Positions 20,901-31,432 of a stretch of DNA of 64,000 nucleotides are shown in pieces. The notes below the pieces were generated by a model. The model had not been told where the DNA came from. It searched no databases and saw only the letters and a list, made by a program, of their open reading frames with translations. Position 1 is the first letter of the stretch, and each line of letters begins with the position of its first letter. The DNA comes from a virus: the IMG/VR virus record IMGVR_UViG_3300035670_013168, positions 4,147 to 68,146 of that record; one strand, 5' to 3'. Position numbers and translations under genes: made by a program.

Positions 20901-22086
20901 AGCCACCTACGAAATAGAAAGTCTCATACTTAGTCCTGGACTTTAGGCCTAGGCGGCGAGGCTGAGGAGTCGTGACGTATCCGTAGTTATCTGAGCCTTC
21001 TCCTAGGCCTGCATTTGACTTTGGAAGAGCGTATACGGGTGTGTTTCCGGAAGGTCCGGTTACCGCCTGCTGAACAACTACTGTGTTGGACTTCTTTCCT
21101 ATCCTAGCAGTTATCTTTAGCAGAGTGTTTGTATTAATTGCGTCCACAAGACGCTGAGCGACTCTTCTGAGTGTCACATCCTTGTTGGATGAGAATGCAT
21201 TATTTTCAGACAACGCTCCGGATCGCTTCTCCTGATCTGTAATGTTTTTAGGTCCGACACTGCCTAGCTGAACTACGTCTGATATATCGACTGGAAAAAC
21301 TCGTGATGTTCCACATCCAGGTGTTACTGTGGTAGAAGTCATACCACAGAGAGATATATCAGGATCAACAGGCAATACATTTGTGAGAATGAGTTGTCCG
21401 GCGCCAGCAATATTGTCTGTCGAATAGACACCGATTGAAATCCACTCGCCTTGTGAGAAAGTGATGCTCAGCTGTCCGGACTGTGGAGTGTTGATTGTTG
21501 GATTTCCTGACGCGAATGTATTGGGATAATTGCTTGGAAGTCCATTATCACCATCATCCGTTCCATATGGCTCCTGCTGATCGACAGAATAAAATGGCCA
21601 ATCAAAAGCTGTATTAGGCAACTGTTGATCACCTGGATCTGCTGAGGTCCATGTATAGTTTAAGTTGAGCGTTCCTGCGGCAGGCGCCTGTATCTTTATG
21701 TACGTCATTCGACCAGGCAATGGATTAAACTGTCTATTGCTGTTCGCTAAATCAGGGCCATCGATAATGTACGCACAGGGCGTAGAGATTTGACTTGGAG
21801 GAATAGTAGCGCCCGGGCCTGTTATAGATCCGGCAATTCCTATTGATGAAGTGTCTGGTGATGTGACCTTCACCCAATTCTCAGACACAGTGTTGGATGT
21901 TTCAGGTGCCGAGATCTCCTGAATACCTGTGGGAATTGGTCGAGTCCGATAGAAAGTGAATCCTATCTCATTACATGTCTGTTGCTGCTGATCATCCTTG
22001 TAGAACACCAGCTTCGATAGGTGCTCAGGTGTGTCAATAAACTCGAGAGTGACCTCGGCATTTGTCTTAGGTGTGATGAACGTCAC
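17932..22086 (-). CDS. Large virion/tail-associated protein (1384 aa)
   Basis: GTG start after GAAGGAG; S/T/G/P-rich beta-type composition; structural context. Confidence 0.6.
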   Translation of the reverse strand: MTFITPKTNAEVTLEFIDTPEHLSKLVFYKDDQQQQTCNEIGFTFYRTRPIPTGIQEISAPETSNTVSENWVKVTSPDTSSIGIAGSITGPGATIPPSQISTPCAYIIDGPDLANSNRQFNPLPGRMTYIKIQAPAAGTLNLNYTWTSADPGDQQLPNTAFDWPFYSVDQQEPYGTDDGDNGLPSNYPNTFASGNPTINTPQSGQLSITFSQGEWISIGVYSTDNIAGAGQLILTNVLPVDPDISLCGMTSTTVTPGCGTSRVFPVDISDVVQLGSVGPKNITDQEKRSGALSENNAFSSNKDVTLRRVAQRLVDAINTNTLLKITARIGKKSNTVVVQQAVTGPSGNTPVYALPKSNAGLGEGSDNYGYVTTPQPRRLGLKSRTKYETFYFVGGSESTANFPFGVPYDSGDPFSSARSIVRKMMATPHAGTLEVPGAGAGGLVNVLSDQHPVCEFTPFDETNSQAAFGVSGGSSLYGTQTEVDDEFFTRGSTLGPLDEPLRNKDKIVIDLTPTVDTTLHLSGGDPNYTMAYYNFDSRRWEPIGKGLQVSTATTLDDVFDRGYIGFGPNWKNSKQNSVGSLPAPFFSTTIDLDIIDPQLRSTFTGEKKVFTEPGWASPTDTFGFPLHPKYHATGSQQLDAENIVDRPFLVEKIVYEFSASMPNLQSRLTSNDYEGSGGTFFILNQRKANPNPGQEISYTKAYIYSRLNGILITAYSIPSRGGNYLIKSYNNGGIPRNLQLSRSGPQVYVDTVRDLVTFARVGTVWPSYDEEIDADIEPEFPHPADFMDLAIEVPPSGTFSGSFTLAAPVRAPSSSESNSYYNFQAVNTPTDNYTGLYSSKLSSTRNSIDIPTGRAYRSEFLGPEIAYKYDYIPFGGLLGKYSVDAPHPGKDSEPSPYLIRPGDKLVFGWQSPISNDITSSNPETTFNILAGKGKITLYGSYLKDNKPVHNIFQECLTSEALHETIPSGPWVLDQFDSEPTMVFSGSMREEYVTGSMVTKGSRGALIVTDENILNSGTFGVRVVGARASDGNLKQRYSFSRNLSAYDLSEQYYDSMQPNPIKLLFEYEGSTARALSTNADKDIAWAFIMPPSGSVDGLPSDPYYNTGLFANRVFIGSFPFDSIYRNIPRVPKIDSKLILRSPVETYRFKSSLTPSSQESHGLQKISYLGFRDTYDNQLSADRALVVSPSVTGYGIMGIPTTDDDFDTEPYLGGPLGFVSGSAKDISSPIFGSYNPKLSRFMGCFGDGYFRLPMYQRDIFAVVVVGLEGMVYRGTKHGLINPIPLFTKSVFSGRHFGHFRDMLEQRQLTKCYDASRRRRSASLSEASVDVIFINRSAPAGTLNLASGEDTNSSNISKFATSEHPYDDALADYGQIWDRDTVLPENL

Positions 22087-22087
22087 G

Positions 22088-23416
22088 TCAGTCTCCTTCC
22101 TTAAATGCCGTGCTAGTCATATTTGAGCCTGGTGAAAAATTGGAGGTGGGATACTGTCCTGCAGTGTTGTCTCGATCTCTTATGACTGATCGTGGTGGGT
22201 TATTGAGGTACCCAGACTGTGGGTCGTAGGCTCCTCGATGAGCGCTGTAGATTGCTGCAATCTCATCTCCTGATAGCCCTCTGTTCCATATTGCAACATC
22301 GTCCATATTACCTAGAAAGAATGATCCTACTACAGCTGACTTACTTATAGGCGCTGGTGGAAACCCTGTGAATATTATTTGGACAACTGCTTGTTCGCTA
22401 TAGTCGACATCTTCGACGCCTCCAATAGAATAGTCAATATCTGTCTCTATGATGTATTTGCTCTGAGCCGGCTGCACATCAAATTTAAATGACTTGAGGT
22501 ATCTACCGTCACAATAAAATCTTACACTGGTATCCGGTGTTAGATAGGAACTGTTATCCTGATCAACAGCAACAGCGACATGGTGCCACTCATCGTCAAT
22601 AGGTGCTTCTATGTACGACGTCCAAAGGCTAGGTGTTGTTCCGTATGTGTCCTTGTACCTAAAATAAAGGTGCTTGTGAAGACTCTCATGATAGTGACTA
22701 TTCGTTCCACTATTGAAAAGACTTACCATGTATCCAAATGATATTAGTGCTTCTTCATTTGACGGAAGTCCACTTGTTCTTCTTGATCGAAATATAGGCC
22801 TGAAGTGTAATGTGGTAGACTCATCTCCTGAGCCTTCAAAATTCGCAGTCAAATCATTTTTTCTTGTCTTGATCCAAGCAGCAGCTGTAAATCCTTTGAA
22901 TGGCAGTAATAAGTTATCTTTAAAATCCGAATTTTGAACATTTACAAAAATGTGGTCATCGCCTGTTCCATTTTCAACTATTGTTGTCGGTGAGACATTG
23001 TCAACTTTTGGATCAGATATCCCAAGACTCTGTGTGTAGGTTCCGGCATTCTGTCCAAACTCCACAGACCTTATCTGTCTAGACTCATCTGATGTTAGTC
23101 GACTGCCAGTGACAGAATTTGTGTATAGGTAAGGAGTCTCAGTGGAGTAGTTCGGATACAATGAGGAGTTACCTGTTCCTGCAGTGCTCTGAAATCTGGG
23201 TGATATATTCACCTGTGTGTCTGAGTAATACTGCTCATCACTAGTTAGATTTGTCCTTCTATTGTCTGGGTCCTCAAATCGAAGAAACAGCAGAGGTTTT
23301 CCGCCATGAGCAGGATCAATTATCTCTGCGGGATCGACATGATAAGAAAAGCCTCCCGCAACAAATGATGATGTCAGACTTAGCTCTCTTTGCGATCCTT
23401 TAGTTGCTCTAGGCAT
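22088..23416 (-). CDS. LamG/concanavalin A-like virion protein
   Basis: FTAAAWIK, DDEWHHVAV, FYCDG, FLGNMDDVAIWNRGLSGDEIAAIY. Confidence 0.78.
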   Translation of the reverse strand: MPRATKGSQRELSLTSSFVAGGFSYHVDPAEIIDPAHGGKPLLFLRFEDPDNRRTNLTSDEQYYSDTQVNISPRFQSTAGTGNSSLYPNYSTETPYLYTNSVTGSRLTSDESRQIRSVEFGQNAGTYTQSLGISDPKVDNVSPTTIVENGTGDDHIFVNVQNSDFKDNLLLPFKGFTAAAWIKTRKNDLTANFEGSGDESTTLHFRPIFRSRRTSGLPSNEEALISFGYMVSLFNSGTNSHYHESLHKHLYFRYKDTYGTTPSLWTSYIEAPIDDEWHHVAVAVDQDNSSYLTPDTSVRFYCDGRYLKSFKFDVQPAQSKYIIETDIDYSIGGVEDVDYSEQAVVQIIFTGFPPAPISKSAVVGSFFLGNMDDVAIWNRGLSGDEIAAIYSAHRGAYDPQSGYLNNPPRSVIRDRDNTAGQYPTSNFSPGSNMTSTAFKEGD

Positions 23417-24468
23417 TATCTAAGAAGTCCTCCAAACGCTAGCGAGTCAATTCCAACTACGTTATTATCATACACAAAACCGTGTCTAGGTGAAATATGA
23501 TCACGCGATAACTGATCGTGTGTGGGATATCTATTGCTTCCTGAGAGAGAGATCACGATGCTCTTCATCACAGAGTCATTCTGACTTCTCAAGAGTCCTG
23601 CTGTCAACTCACTGTCGTCTGATTCCTTGTAAGGAGATGTTCGTGACTCCTCAGGAAGAACATATCCTTCTGAATTAATGGGACCTATCTCAAGTGAGCC
23701 AGCAAGATCTTCAAGACCGAACTCATCACCTGCATCAAGAAATGGATCAGTGCTGTAAAGCGGTCCAATTCCAAAATTATCGATCTTAAATCTAGAGATG
23801 ACTGTGGGCACCTCATCCACAGTCAAAAATGATCGCCTATAGACGTTGTCATTGACGAGGTCTCCTCTTATGCCTTTGTACCTAAAAGGCACCTCAATAA
23901 AGCTTCTATCAGCTTCTTTTCTCACAGAGAACTGATCTATGACTCCATCAAGAGAGATCATCTCTGTGGAATTCATCATCTCTTCTGAGAGGTAATACGG
24001 TAGATTAAGCGGATCCTGCTCTATTATCCACAGTGGATCAATATTGGTGTTTTTGTCTAGATAACTTGTTCCGTCTTGAAAAGTGTCTGGCTGGCCAAAG
24101 TCATTGTCAAGAAGCTCATGTGAGGGTGCGACTGTTATGCCTGTCTTCTTTAGCGCAGCGTAATTTTCAGCGTACGGATCGAATAGAGCAAGGCTTATTT
24201 GCGCTCTCTCAACTCTCACAACACCAAGCGAATCAGTGTATGTCGATCCGCCTAGGTTGATCGGAGACTCTGTGTCGTCAAAGGATCCTACGGTGATGTT
24301 AACAGGACGACCATTCTTCAGCTTATAGAAGTCATTGATGGGTTTTAGCTTAGCTGATGCAGGGCTGTACATCGTGTTGATGTCATTTACATGCACACCC
24401 TGGTCAAACTGTGAGAGGTTTGATCCTGAAAATTCTTGAGGGAATACGACTGAACGTCTTGTTGACAT
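23416..24468 (-). CDS. Hypothetical virion protein
   Basis: 350 aa ORF translationally coupled on both sides; ends DSLAFGGLLR. Confidence 0.6.
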   Translation of the reverse strand: MSTRRSVVFPQEFSGSNLSQFDQGVHVNDINTMYSPASAKLKPINDFYKLKNGRPVNITVGSFDDTESPINLGGSTYTDSLGVVRVERAQISLALFDPYAENYAALKKTGITVAPSHELLDNDFGQPDTFQDGTSYLDKNTNIDPLWIIEQDPLNLPYYLSEEMMNSTEMISLDGVIDQFSVRKEADRSFIEVPFRYKGIRGDLVNDNVYRRSFLTVDEVPTVISRFKIDNFGIGPLYSTDPFLDAGDEFGLEDLAGSLEIGPINSEGYVLPEESRTSPYKESDDSELTAGLLRSQNDSVMKSIVISLSGSNRYPTHDQLSRDHISPRHGFVYDNNVVGIDSLAFGGLLR

Positions 24469-27400
24469 TAGTACCTCCTAATCACTCCCACAAGCTGCTG
24501 CAGTAGTAGCTGTCCTGCTGCCCTATCATTTGGTCCTAGGTACAGGTCAAATGTGTTGTACCTTATTTTTGGCCTTTCGAGCATGTGTGGCTCAACAACG
24601 AAGTTCACACCAAGGAACTTTGTTTTTTGAGGTATGAGGTTCTCAATCATCTGCGATATTGTTGAGTCAAACCACTTGAAGAATGAGAAGAAGGTCTTAA
24701 AATTGACCTTGTCATTGAGCCTATTGAAGTAAATATCTCTCAATGTCTGGAGGTCTGGATAGTCCTCTGAGAACTGTAACTCCGGCCGCCCTATGTAGTT
24801 GTCAAACGACTCCAACGTTGAGAATATTCTTATAATGTCCTCATTTAGAGCCTGCACAGCATTTATCTCTATGGAGAATCTCGTGTCATCTACGGGCTGC
24901 TCATCCTGTGGTATCTCATGCAGCGGTGCAAATACACCTCCAAATTTTTTGATATTCTGCTGGCTCTTCCATGATCTAACTCGAATCTTGTTAAAGTTCG
25001 TTGCTTGATCAAAGTATGGATTGACAGTCGAGTACGTGACTAACTCAGGGACCAGAACATTCTTATTTGACTCAAATCCTGTTCCAGTAAAGTGATAGAG
25101 ATTTTGTGACATGTCTATGACTCGTATATTTCCAAGTGCATCAGAATCACTTGTCTCCTGAATAAAGTCCAAATCGACTCGAACCTTTTCCCACGATCCT
25201 GAAACTGAATTGACAAAGTTAAAGTGTGTCTTTGCGTCCTCTGCACCAACTGAAAGAGGGTTCAAAGTGTGCTCTCTTTTCTCGGAGTCAGTCAGCGCCT
25301 TTGTCCAGAATCGTAGGTTCATCACTCTTCCACCGAAGAATGAGTCCCTCTCGAATGAGCCTACACTAGTGTGTGAGAGGCCTCGAAGGGATGATCCGAC
25401 AGGAATCGACTGTGAGCCAATATGAATCACTGTTCCTGACATATTGAGACGCTGAGTTCCTACACCTGTGCTTCCCCAAGTCGTTAGTATGCTTGTTCCT
25501 AGGCCTGCTGTGCCTGGAACTGAGTCGTCAAAGTACACAGAATTTTCATAATCATCTGACAAGTTTCCGCCCTGCTGCTTTGCGGCTCGAAGGAACCATG
25601 ATGACGAGACAACAGATCCTATGTCATCATTCCTTCTCCTTCCAAAGCATATGTGCCAGTAGTCACCATCAAATATGTTGACGCCTGTTAGCGGAAGGTA
25701 CAGAGTAGGTGCGGCTGTTGCGCTCCATGTGTCTCGAAACACTAGCATCAGAGATGATGTCGTGTTATTAAGCTCCGAGCCTGACAGTGCAATCAGATTT
25801 ATGTAGGTAGAGTCAAGTTGTCCGGAGATGTTCTCCGAGCCCGAGGTGGCGAATCGAACTAGAGAGCATGTTGCGGGTGTTTTTACGTTCAGATAAGAAG
25901 GCGCAGGGAGCTTATATGTGGCCTCATAGGTCCACGATCCAGACGTCAGAATTCTATCAAATGCGGGTGTAGCTCCAGGCAGAGGATATCCTGGCTCGTC
26001 ACGAACAACAGTGCTTATTTCAGAGAATGACAGTGTACCACTGTCAAGAAGCCCTGGAGACATGAGGTGAGGAAGAGAATTTGGAATGCCTTGAGGATTG
26101 AGAGTTACAGTTGCCTGAGAGTGTGACCCGGAGAACTCAATGGCCCTCAGCGTCGATGTCTTTCTGACTCTCTGATCTGATATTCTACCTGTTCTTGTTC
26201 CACCGAACTCTCGAAATCTAAAATTTGAGTCAGGATTTAGACCCATGTCTCTTATGAGAGACTTTATGCTGTGAAGAGTTCCCTTTGATCTAATGATCTC
26301 AACCATGTCGCTGAGAATTCTTCGCCAGATCTGATTCTGAACTTGTTGAAGACTAGAGACAGCAAGTGTTGGATCTGTCTTGATGGTGGCTCTTCCATAG
26401 AACTGATCCACAGATGAGTTGGGGAAGAGATCTGGGAGAGTGATGCCATACGTCTCGGCAAGGTAAGGAAGAAATGAGTTCGCAATTGTTCCTGCCTCTA
26501 TTGGATCAATTTTCCTCTGCTTGCCGAACTGATCGAGGAATATCTTGATCTCATCAAAGTGCTTTGCCCAAATGAACAGTAGCGAGGCAATTATCTGAGC
26601 AGATCCTAACTTTCCTCCACCAGGAAAGTCCTGTGTCTTGCCATACTCATCGGTTATTGTTCCAAAGTCCTTGTCAGGATCAAATCCTTCGAAAATGCTC
26701 GCTTCCTGCAGATAGTGTCTGGGTATTAGCTTAGATATGAGATTTGGATTATTTGCATCGTATTCAGACGCAGTAACAAGAAGAGACTCGTTGAGAGACA
26801 CTACGTCCGGATGACTTGGAAACAGCACGGGAGACGTCTCCTCGTGCTCATAGTGCAGAGGAGGAGATCCCACCAAGTCTCCTCTAACACTTGCCCATGT
26901 ATTTGTTACAGAGGTGTGCAGACCATTTCCGCTGGTGTCTATGATGCTGGAGTTTCCGGAAAATGATCCAGTTGGCTCGTTAAACTTATAGTAAAGTTTG
27001 AGATGTGGCTCTGCGTATATTGAAGTGTAAGCTGACCTCTTTTGCTCAGTAATATTCCTCGCTGAGTGAAAAACTCTCAGCTCATCAATCGATCCTGAAA
27101 ACGTTTGAGAGAAGCTGAGCCCTGCGCCTATTGATCCAAAGTTACCTACTTTGTGATTTGTTCCGCTTGCAATTGTTAGGCTCTCGTTTCCATATCCAAA
27201 AGCGCCCATCTCCAGCGGCGTTGAGGCAGCTTTAATCTCAAAGTCCTGATAGAGTCGAACTGCATTGACACCAGGTGTGGAATCATACACAGCACACACG
27301 TGGTGAAACTCTCCCTTGTTTATCGGCATCGAAGCGCTTATAAACGACGACCCTGAGGACACCAACATTAGAAAGTTCACAGAAGCGTCTGTGTTCAATG

Positions 27401-28028
27401 TTGAGCTCAGAGCCAGTGTTATCCCATGGTCCTGATTTCGAAGTCTCTGAAGAACAACCTGGTTACCCTGTGTCAATCCTGGCGGCACTCGTAGGTGCAT
27501 CTCAAAGCTTATAGGATCTTCTCCTTGATCGAGCACAGCTTTTCCGGTTGAAACCTTGGACAAAGAAGGCGCGTACGCACCTTGTCGATCTCTCACAATA
27601 AGGTGAGTGCCACCGGAAGGAGCACCGCTACCTGAAAAATTGAGATATCCTAGGCTCTTTGGGAATATGTCAAGAACATATTTCTCAAATCCCGTCAGGC
27701 TGTCTAGGAACTCTAAGACCTCTCTCTTAGAACCGTCAAACGGGTAGTTATTGATGATTAGATCAAACGTGGTGTTTATCTTCGCCTCAGCTGAGCTAAA
27801 GAATGTGTGATTCTCAAATTTTGACCAGTCAAGAGGTATTTGCTGTGTCGACTTAATTGGTGAACCAGGAGGATCATATCTAAATGATTGAGTAAATGAC
27901 TGAATCGATCCGCTAAGTGTGGCGGCATTTACATTGACAACAGCAGCAGCATCTCCCGTAAGTCCTCTTACTATGCTAGGCGTAAAGAGGCTCGATCCTG
28001 GCGCAAACGTGTTTCCCTGTCTTCTCAT
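24468..28028 (-). CDS. Baseplate/tail protein with two LamG-like domains
   Basis: EFHHVCAVYD, FSGSIDELRVFH, YWHICFGR, MNLRFWTKAL; IIRSKGTLHSIKSLI (tail-protein-I/gp7-like segment). Confidence 0.72.
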   Translation of the reverse strand: MRRQGNTFAPGSSLFTPSIVRGLTGDAAAVVNVNAATLSGSIQSFTQSFRYDPPGSPIKSTQQIPLDWSKFENHTFFSSAEAKINTTFDLIINNYPFDGSKREVLEFLDSLTGFEKYVLDIFPKSLGYLNFSGSGAPSGGTHLIVRDRQGAYAPSLSKVSTGKAVLDQGEDPISFEMHLRVPPGLTQGNQVVLQRLRNQDHGITLALSSTLNTDASVNFLMLVSSGSSFISASMPINKGEFHHVCAVYDSTPGVNAVRLYQDFEIKAASTPLEMGAFGYGNESLTIASGTNHKVGNFGSIGAGLSFSQTFSGSIDELRVFHSARNITEQKRSAYTSIYAEPHLKLYYKFNEPTGSFSGNSSIIDTSGNGLHTSVTNTWASVRGDLVGSPPLHYEHEETSPVLFPSHPDVVSLNESLLVTASEYDANNPNLISKLIPRHYLQEASIFEGFDPDKDFGTITDEYGKTQDFPGGGKLGSAQIIASLLFIWAKHFDEIKIFLDQFGKQRKIDPIEAGTIANSFLPYLAETYGITLPDLFPNSSVDQFYGRATIKTDPTLAVSSLQQVQNQIWRRILSDMVEIIRSKGTLHSIKSLIRDMGLNPDSNFRFREFGGTRTGRISDQRVRKTSTLRAIEFSGSHSQATVTLNPQGIPNSLPHLMSPGLLDSGTLSFSEISTVVRDEPGYPLPGATPAFDRILTSGSWTYEATYKLPAPSYLNVKTPATCSLVRFATSGSENISGQLDSTYINLIALSGSELNNTTSSLMLVFRDTWSATAAPTLYLPLTGVNIFDGDYWHICFGRRRNDDIGSVVSSSWFLRAAKQQGGNLSDDYENSVYFDDSVPGTAGLGTSILTTWGSTGVGTQRLNMSGTVIHIGSQSIPVGSSLRGLSHTSVGSFERDSFFGGRVMNLRFWTKALTDSEKREHTLNPLSVGAEDAKTHFNFVNSVSGSWEKVRVDLDFIQETSDSDALGNIRVIDMSQNLYHFTGTGFESNKNVLVPELVTYSTVNPYFDQATNFNKIRVRSWKSQQNIKKFGGVFAPLHEIPQDEQPVDDTRFSIEINAVQALNEDIIRIFSTLESFDNYIGRPELQFSEDYPDLQTLRDIYFNRLNDKVNFKTFFSFFKWFDSTISQMIENLIPQKTKFLGVNFVVEPHMLERPKIRYNTFDLYLGPNDRAAGQLLLQQLVGVIRRY

Positions 28029-29569
28029 TTGACATTTACTCTAAATTCAGGACTCTTCTGCGCCACCTGCAACTCTACTCCCCTGTCAATGACAAGAAAC
28101 TCAAAGTGATAAACTCTTCCAGGAGGAAGTGCACTTGTCTTGAAGTTAAAGAACATGCCATCAGAGTCTGTTGAGCATCGAGTCCCATACGAGCTCCTCT
28201 CGTATGGAATTACAACTCTACCTGTGTCAGAGTCTACGACTCGATAGTACACTTCCTCAAACATTTCACTCTTGACATTCCTGTAAGACTTTGCGGGTTT
28301 GTTCTGGACATTGTTTGTGTCTAATCCAAACACTCTCACTTTGACGGTGTCACTGAGAGAGTAATCTCCCAGGAGATTGACGACCTTGAGCACAGGGTTC
28401 CTCGGGATGTATGTCAGAGATGTTCTCGTTGGAGATGTGACCACAAGTGAGGACGTGTGGTAGCCTATTGTTCCATCATTTGACGACCAGATCTCACTGA
28501 AGGTTATTGACCCACTGCTTCTCACTACATCGCCTATCGTTGTAGTTCCACTTATGACTGAAGTGTCGACAGATGAGAGAGCAAATGTTGTATAATAGAG
28601 GCCAGATATCCCTGTTCCATCCGTGCTTATGTTGTATTGGCTCACATCAATTGTCTTTGAGAAAGATCCTGTCTCAATTCTCAGCTTCATACATGAGTCA
28701 CCAACAACAGGAACGAGTGATGATCCTGATACTATATTGGCTGGAAGGCCTCGATGGTAGTTGGACAAGAAAAGTGATCCTGAGACATCAAATATAAATG
28801 ACTCATGATAGTCCTGTATTGTGTCATTAAACGTGACATGAATTGACGGCCGAAGAAACACATTCTTCGAGTGCCTTGATCCAAATCTCTTGACAAATCT
28901 TGTCTTTTGATCTTCCTCCTCCGAGCCTGTGAAGGAGAGCCTAAAGCCACAGTCAGGAAGGATTCCGGCGAGAGTCGCAGACACAATTTTTGTGACGTCT
29001 ACCGATAGATCCTCTGTGCCTATGGAAAAGTGCTGCGTTACGCCTAGCTGGACAATACCGGCGCCAAGTGTTCCAGATCCTATGACATCAATATCGCTCG
29101 ATCCTAGCAGGCCTATGCTGTTGGCACCGGTTGTGAACCAAGGATAAACAGTTCCGTCTCGATACGATGCAGTCACAAAGTTTGTGACATCGATGTCGGA
29201 GAAGGATCCCACATCTCTTCCGTCACCCTCATCGAATGACTGTGACAGTGGGTAAACTGAGAGCCTAAAATTACGAGGAACAGTCTGCGTTCCTAAAGCA
29301 TCATAGAGTTTTAGAGTGCATCGAAAGCTAGGATCATTTATGTCAAGTATGGAGGACGTGAGAGCACGAATTGTGTCATACTCAAACTTAAGTAATCCTC
29401 TAGAGACCTCTATTGGCGCTGTCTCTCCTGATACTCTTGACTCATCGTAGAGCTTAAAAATGTCTATTGTACCTGCTCGACCCACATTTGCATCTGTCGC
29501 TCGAAAATCATTTGCAATGATTTTGTTGGTGATGTATGTGTCCTTGCTAGCTGTAAGAATGAGGTACAC
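28025..29569 (-). CDS. Putative virion protein
   Basis: Likely GTG start at 29569 after GAGGAG (ORF track extends to 29605); ASKDTYI...SRGLLKF N-terminus; lies between baseplate genes. Confidence 0.62.
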   Translation of the reverse strand: MYLILTASKDTYITNKIIANDFRATDANVGRAGTIDIFKLYDESRVSGETAPIEVSRGLLKFEYDTIRALTSSILDINDPSFRCTLKLYDALGTQTVPRNFRLSVYPLSQSFDEGDGRDVGSFSDIDVTNFVTASYRDGTVYPWFTTGANSIGLLGSSDIDVIGSGTLGAGIVQLGVTQHFSIGTEDLSVDVTKIVSATLAGILPDCGFRLSFTGSEEEDQKTRFVKRFGSRHSKNVFLRPSIHVTFNDTIQDYHESFIFDVSGSLFLSNYHRGLPANIVSGSSLVPVVGDSCMKLRIETGSFSKTIDVSQYNISTDGTGISGLYYTTFALSSVDTSVISGTTTIGDVVRSSGSITFSEIWSSNDGTIGYHTSSLVVTSPTRTSLTYIPRNPVLKVVNLLGDYSLSDTVKVRVFGLDTNNVQNKPAKSYRNVKSEMFEEVYYRVVDSDTGRVVIPYERSSYGTRCSTDSDGMFFNFKTSALPPGRVYHFEFLVIDRGVELQVAQKSPEFRVNVK

Positions 29570-29579
29570 TTTGATCTCC

Positions 29580-31427
29580 TCAGATTGACGTGCCTGTGAT
29601 GTCAAAGTCAGGGTATTTTAGCTCAAATATTGTTCCCCGAGGTGCCGTGATTAGCTTATTTCTAGTGGAGTTCTCGTAGTCAAAATAGAAGTCAGAGTAG
29701 ATTCTATCCTGGTCTGTTCCGTTCTTTGGAAGAATGTCTAGACTTATCAGTGAGACAACACCTGGTGTATTTATGATCACATTGATGATGTCATCAATAA
29801 CAATCGGCTGATCTATCTGAAAATTGTCTACCTTGAGAATGTCTCTCAGACGGGATATAACTGTCTGTATTGTTCCATTCTTATTCGCTGTTGGTGAGGT
29901 CATTATTCCAAATCGCACTTCAAAATTAGACACTCTTGCATCTAGAATATCCAGTGAGTCAGATATTAGACGGAACTCGTTCAAGTATGTGCTCAAATTT
30001 CTCTTAAGCGAGTCAGGCGAAACAGACAGGTTCCCAAATCTATCCTTGCTGATAATGTAGAGTTGGGCTGCGAGAGGATTTACAGGATTGTCAGAAATTC
30101 CTGCTCTAAATACTCTGCCAAAGCTATTAGGCATTGTGTATATTCTTGCAAGTAGATCCTGACGGCTCACAATTCTTGACTGCATCTGTCTAGAGCTTGG
30201 TATTCTTGACCTGAGATCTTCCAGTGTAGGAGCGGCATCTCCGCCTCTCGCAGGATCTGCGTTGCGAAGCTCTAGGCTACCACGAACCTGAGCAGCTTCT
30301 GATGCGCTGGGCTTATTGGGGAAGGATATGTTAAGTGAGCTGAGCACTCGAATCGATCCTGCAGCTACATTGTGCGAGAGGCCACCTCCATATCGATATC
30401 TTATTGACAGAGTTGTTCCCTTGGGACTTATGCCAAGTGTCTGCGTCTGAAGAAGTGAATTGGGATCTATTGAGAACCTAGAGAATTGCTTTTTCCCATA
30501 GAGGGGTAGGGCTAACTCACTTGGGTCAGGAACAATATCATCATCGAGAGTGTCAGCATTTCCTGCACCGAAGCGCATTGTTGTGAGACGAGTAGTTGGA
30601 TCAAATGTTGAGATGAACCTCCTGGGTGCAGATATCACCTCTAGGTTCATTGGAACAGAATTTCCATCTTCATCATAGTTTGTAATTGCTCTAAAGACAG
30701 TGTCCTGTGAAAGGCTCTCTACCTGATAGTACTCATTCCCCTCACTGTCTGACACGGCGATAATGTCGCTGATGTCTGCATTGCTCAGAACTATCTCTCT
30801 AAATGGAACATGCTGATTGCTCAATATGAGTCTCTCAGTCGTCTCATTACCTGAGACACATAGACCTGACATTGTCACAACATACTGTGTTGGATTTCCC
30901 GAGTCATTTGTTGAAAATACCGTTGTGCTGTGAATAAAGTTTCCATCCGGATCTGTCTCTGAAAAGTCCAAATCCTCCACGAGATTGAAGGTCACACCTG
31001 AGGCTGACTTACAGACAGTTCCACTCTTTATGATCGGCAGTGCTGTAAGCTTTGGTCTATAGGATCCGTCTGCAACCTGTTCGGCAGGAGCTTTTATGTA
31101 AAATTTCACCTGGACGGATGCAGGAGAGGATCCTACAGCCTTCACTCCTGCATTTCTCAGGTGAAGTATTATGTTCTTTCTCTCAACTGCTGTGAGAGGA
31201 TTTAGTTCTGTGAACTGATGATCTAGGTAGAATGAGAGGCTGTCACCAACAAAAGAGGCCATGTCGAGAAACAGGCCGCCGAGCGATGACTCTGAGAAAT
31301 CCTGAATCTTGTCAGGGAAGTAAGTTCGTGCGTAGCTCAGAATTTCTGCGCGAAATGCATCAAAGTCCTTGGAAAGGAATGTCCTGCTTCTCTCCTTGCG
31401 TAGTTGATTCTTGACATTGACTGGCAT
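29580..31427 (-). CDS. Baseplate wedge subunit (T4 gp6/baseplate J-like)
   Basis: KDFDAFRAEI...DFSESSLGGLFLDMASFVGDSLSFYLD, RFGAG, YRYGGG, GGDAAPTLEDLR...QSRIVSRQD. Confidence 0.88.
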   Translation of the reverse strand: MPVNVKNQLRKERSRTFLSKDFDAFRAEILSYARTYFPDKIQDFSESSLGGLFLDMASFVGDSLSFYLDHQFTELNPLTAVERKNIILHLRNAGVKAVGSSPASVQVKFYIKAPAEQVADGSYRPKLTALPIIKSGTVCKSASGVTFNLVEDLDFSETDPDGNFIHSTTVFSTNDSGNPTQYVVTMSGLCVSGNETTERLILSNQHVPFREIVLSNADISDIIAVSDSEGNEYYQVESLSQDTVFRAITNYDEDGNSVPMNLEVISAPRRFISTFDPTTRLTTMRFGAGNADTLDDDIVPDPSELALPLYGKKQFSRFSIDPNSLLQTQTLGISPKGTTLSIRYRYGGGLSHNVAAGSIRVLSSLNISFPNKPSASEAAQVRGSLELRNADPARGGDAAPTLEDLRSRIPSSRQMQSRIVSRQDLLARIYTMPNSFGRVFRAGISDNPVNPLAAQLYIISKDRFGNLSVSPDSLKRNLSTYLNEFRLISDSLDILDARVSNFEVRFGIMTSPTANKNGTIQTVISRLRDILKVDNFQIDQPIVIDDIINVIINTPGVVSLISLDILPKNGTDQDRIYSDFYFDYENSTRNKLITAPRGTIFELKYPDFDITGTSI

Positions 31428-31432
31428 GTTTA

